64,000 bases of DNA from Phoronis australis (taxonomy: Eukaryota > Animalia > Phoronida). The notes beneath the pieces are model-generated. The model was not told the origin of the DNA. It saw only the letters and a program-made list of their open reading frames with translations, and made no database searches. Shown in pieces: positions 60,701 through 64,000 of the stretch (position 1 is its first letter; the number at the start of each line of letters is the position of its first letter). Made by a program: the position numbers and the translations under genes. The stretch spans positions 496,010-560,009 of the forward strand of contig NMRA01000067.1 in the NCBI GenBank assembly GCA_002633005.1, read 5' to 3'.

Positions 60701-63651
60701 AAGAAAGACCTTCCCGTTATTCTTGTACTTGTTCTCTTATCAACATGTTGAGCTATGCGCAAATGGAAAACATAATTAGACACTGGCAGATCTAGGGTGT
60801 CTAAAAGGGAGCGAGGGCAATGTTCTAAAGAAAAGTGCCCGTGTAGCCTCACGTATGTCATGCTGACGGCGTTTTTGTTATGTCTCGGTGTAGAATGCCC
60901 CCTAAGCCCTCCTCTGTCCTTCGACAATATTTAGCCTTTTCTATTATTTGTTCAATGGTAAACATTATGCATAACAGTTAATCTATGGTGTGGAATTCAT
61001 ATAACACGCCAGATAGAATGTTTGGTCTGAGGGCAGATATAGAATAAATAAGAGTGTTAAATCTATGAGGCAGATAAGCCGCTTAACCCTGTGCCAATAA
61101 AGGGATCATATTTGTCTTACGGTGGCTTAGCACGACAGTAATATGTAAAAGACAATAATGGGACAATCACGCACGATCGCCTTGGGCGAGAGAGCTCAAC
61201 CACAAATTACATCAATAGAATGTAGGCGTCTCCCGTTAGGAAGGCAGATCTGTCGGCTGTTTTGGAGTTGGGTGATAAGACGTCGGGAGAGCATTTTCAT
61301 GTGAGTTTCTTATCAGACAGCGGATCCGACGTCCGATCTACCAACAGATCGCTGCACCGTGTTAGCGCTGTGCTACCGATATGTGTGTATCCGAAACGTC
61401 TTACCACGGAATAAAGATAAACGGGAAACCCAGGACCGTAAGCGTATTTCACCATGAAGTCGGGAACGTCGTCATCGTTGAAATAACCGGCCGATGGCGT
61501 GCTGCAAAAGATAGGGCATTTACACGCTATTAACAGGAAACTGCAAATGCAATGCCCGAGAGGATCGATCGAAGTCATTAGTTTGAACTAGAATCTGATA
61601 ACGCAGTGCGTGGGTGTTTGTTGGTAATAACAGTGCAAACATAGACAAGTATTGGAGGCCAAATCGATACTAATTAACTTCCAACTAGTTCCACTCGTCA
61701 GTGCCTCGACGATGTCTTATGCCCTCTTTATTCATTTCAATTTAACGGTAGGTAGCGTCTCCATAGGCGACACGTCCTCAATCATTCTCTCGCCAATTTG
61801 GGCATCATATTTCAATATGAATTAGTCAGACAAAAGCAGTTAATTTTCGATTTGATTTCAGACCGTGTTACAATGTGTATTGCAATAGGAGCCTCACCTT
61901 TTGCAGGATCAGGCGTCACGTTCTACACATTTATATTGTTTTACCTGATTACAGTTCCTGATTTTGAGTATAGCATGTTATAAATAATAGAAAAAAACAT
62001 ATTTTCATGCTGGCTGGTTAGAAATTGTCAATAATCCGGACCTTAGAGAAATACCGTAAAGAGAATGTGATTGCGCGACCTACATGTACTTTTCGTTAAT
62101 ATTGATCCATGGCAATCATCAAGAAATTTTGTTTGTCAATCCGTGCATAAATCAATGATCCTGGGGAGTAACTTGACAAAAACTCGTCTGAGATTCAAAC
62201 CGTCACCCCAACATTGAGAAAATGACCACAAGTTCGTCAGCGCGAAGTCATTCAACTGATAAACACGGCCGGGTAACTGGGCTTGTAGAGGCTCAACCTG
62301 AAGCAAGACTCCAAGTGGTAAAGTTTATTCATAGTTGTTTTAAATTTAAAACGTTGAGAGGTGGATACGCGAAATTAGTGAGGGATTCCTCTAGAACCAC
62401 ACACAGGACGCGTGAGTTGGTTGTTCCCGCTACGTCAGTCGGGCAGTGGCTAAAGCTTGTGGTAGTTTTAAAAAACGAGTTGATGCTCGTTTTCAAAAAA
62501 ATCCACCTGAGACTAGCAAAAATGATGCGGAATTTGTTTTTTCGCTCACTGATTAACAAACTGTGGCACTTCAAACCTTTCTTAACCTTACTCTGGTGCC
62601 TTTGTGCAGCTTTTCAAAAAAAAAACACCAGACTTTGGCTGAAATTAAGCGGGCAGGACTTTTTTAGTCGGTGAGTGCATGTCTTCATTTCCGTCGGGGT
62701 AAACACAAGAACCAGTCATGTTTTTGGTCTAATTAGCCTTCTGTGAAGGCCTTCAAGGGTCTCATCTGTGTGGTTTAATCAGTCTTCCCCAAGCCTTACT
62801 CCCTATCAGAAAGTGATGTTCTAACACTTTAAGGCCTTATTCAGAAGATTTGAAAGATCTGGAATAAAAATAACGAATCTCATCCACCGTCGTGTCATTA
62901 ATGGAATTTAAGAAAAGGTGTTTCTCGGTTACCCATACATCAGAAAATGGTTAGTTCATACTTGTATGATTCTGAGTTTTCAAAGGTCTTCTGCCACAGA
63001 ATCTTATATGTTGCTCCGTCGACAGCGAACAAAGATGAATTGAACAGTGGTATAACGATGTCTTCTACTCCGTCTTGGTTCAAGTCCACCAAGACGGGGG
63101 GCGTCATTACGCCTTTGGTGTCGTCGTGCAGGATCTCGGTAGACTACAAATAAAGAAGTATGCAAATCAGCCGGCGAAAAAATTGCATAAAGCGAATGCA
63201 GAGTTTTGAAACCGAGCTATTACAAGAATGCGTCTAGACGTATTTAGTGATTATTCTGTATGGGAACGTGTAATTAGATTTCCAATAGCTAACATACTGA
63301 ACATTTTGATATCGTTCAATTTTACAGTTGCGAGTAGTTTGGAATAATGGACCAAACATAAATAAATACGACATTCATTTTTGTCTGCATGGAAAAACGA
63401 AAATAGTGCAACTCTACCTCATACCTTCTGGATCTTACCGCTGTACAGATCACTCAAAGATATGGTCCACAAAGATCCGCCGTGAGTCTCTCCTCCGGTC
63501 CCAAACAAAACCATCTCGTGTCCATCCGCCAACCGGACTATTTGCGGGGAGTAGTAGGACTCCTTTCTGTCCGGTACTATTACGTCTTGTAAAACAGTAC
63601 CGTCCTTTCCGCTCAGTATTTTGATGCGCCCTGGGAGTTTCACTGGCTCAC
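54715..63651 (-). CDS. FAM234-like FG-GAP/beta-propeller protein, last 9 exons (5' end lies outside the window)
   Basis: Exons (minus): 63651-63425 (KESYYSPQ...LFGTGGETHGGSLW), 63143-62962 (KGVMTPPVLVDLNQDGVEDIV), 61501-61405 (PSAGYFNDDDVPDFMVKYAYGPGFPVY), 60400-60214, 59326-59201, 58293-57436, 56786-56613, 56058-55893, 54856-54715 (...QQWGSYMGSRGDGHWRSRTGM*). Introns are GT-AG and phases are consistent. DxNxDGxxD motifs are FG-GAP-type Ca-binding loops. The family assignment is from recall of motifs. Confidence 0.82.
55400..55525. repeat. GAA/GAG-rich low-complexity tract
   Basis: Degenerate (GAA)n. Confidence 0.75.
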
Positions 63652-63812
63652 CTAAGGCGAAATTTAACCAGGCGTCAGTTTTGGCATAAGCAATGTGTTG
63701 AATATGAATTAAGAATGTTGGGTTGCATTCGTACTGAACAATCTTAATTGACAGTTTGAATTAGTTAAGCGTTTTATTTCATTACATTTTTACTTTTATG
63801 AAACAAAATTGC

Positions 63813-63945
63813 GAGGTAAGTTAGGTAGTAGGTTGGTTGCTCGGTAGGTAACTAAGTAGATCAGAGGTAAGCCTACCTAGGTGGACTGGTAGGAAAGTTG
63901 TCTGCTATGTAGGTTTAGATGTTAGGCAGGTAGGCTTATATAGGA
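63813..63945. repeat. Degenerate (AGGT)n microsatellite
   Basis: Repeated aggt/tagg/aagt tetramers. Confidence 0.65.
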
Positions 63946-64000
63946 TATTTATTTGTCCTTTATTCATATGACATGAAACATTCTAAACATGCAATTTCTA

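Noticed and set aside
62222-62674. 150-aa plus-strand ORF
   Set aside because: It lies antisense within an intron of the FAM234-like gene, and I recognise no domain or splice context.

Overview
Eukaryotic (animal) genomic DNA from a draft assembly, AT-rich with multi-kb introns and many MITEs. It resembles a marine invertebrate, but the species cannot be determined from sequence. I reconstructed four spliced genes by hand, all on the minus strand. They are a NEDD8-conjugating enzyme UBE2M/Ubc12 (5 coding exons, 184 aa), a calponin-family gene (one CH domain plus up to 7 calponin/CLIK repeats, 433 aa), a GH29 alpha-L-fucosidase (8 exons, 460 aa), and the 3' part of a FAM234-like FG-GAP protein. 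Three near-identical duplications each sit across an N gap and are probably uncollapsed haplotypes. The calponin locus is the most interesting part. It has an array of symmetric one-repeat-per-exon cassettes, two of which end in weak GC donors, candidate alternative N-terminal exons, and a pair of identical intronic CArG boxes. Other oddities are decayed tandem copies of a fucosidase exon end, a CLEAR-like box before the fucosidase, a polybasic-site-flanked insert in the FAM234-like protein, and an orphan ORF beside a probable transposon terminus. All gene models were read manually and have no transcript support here.
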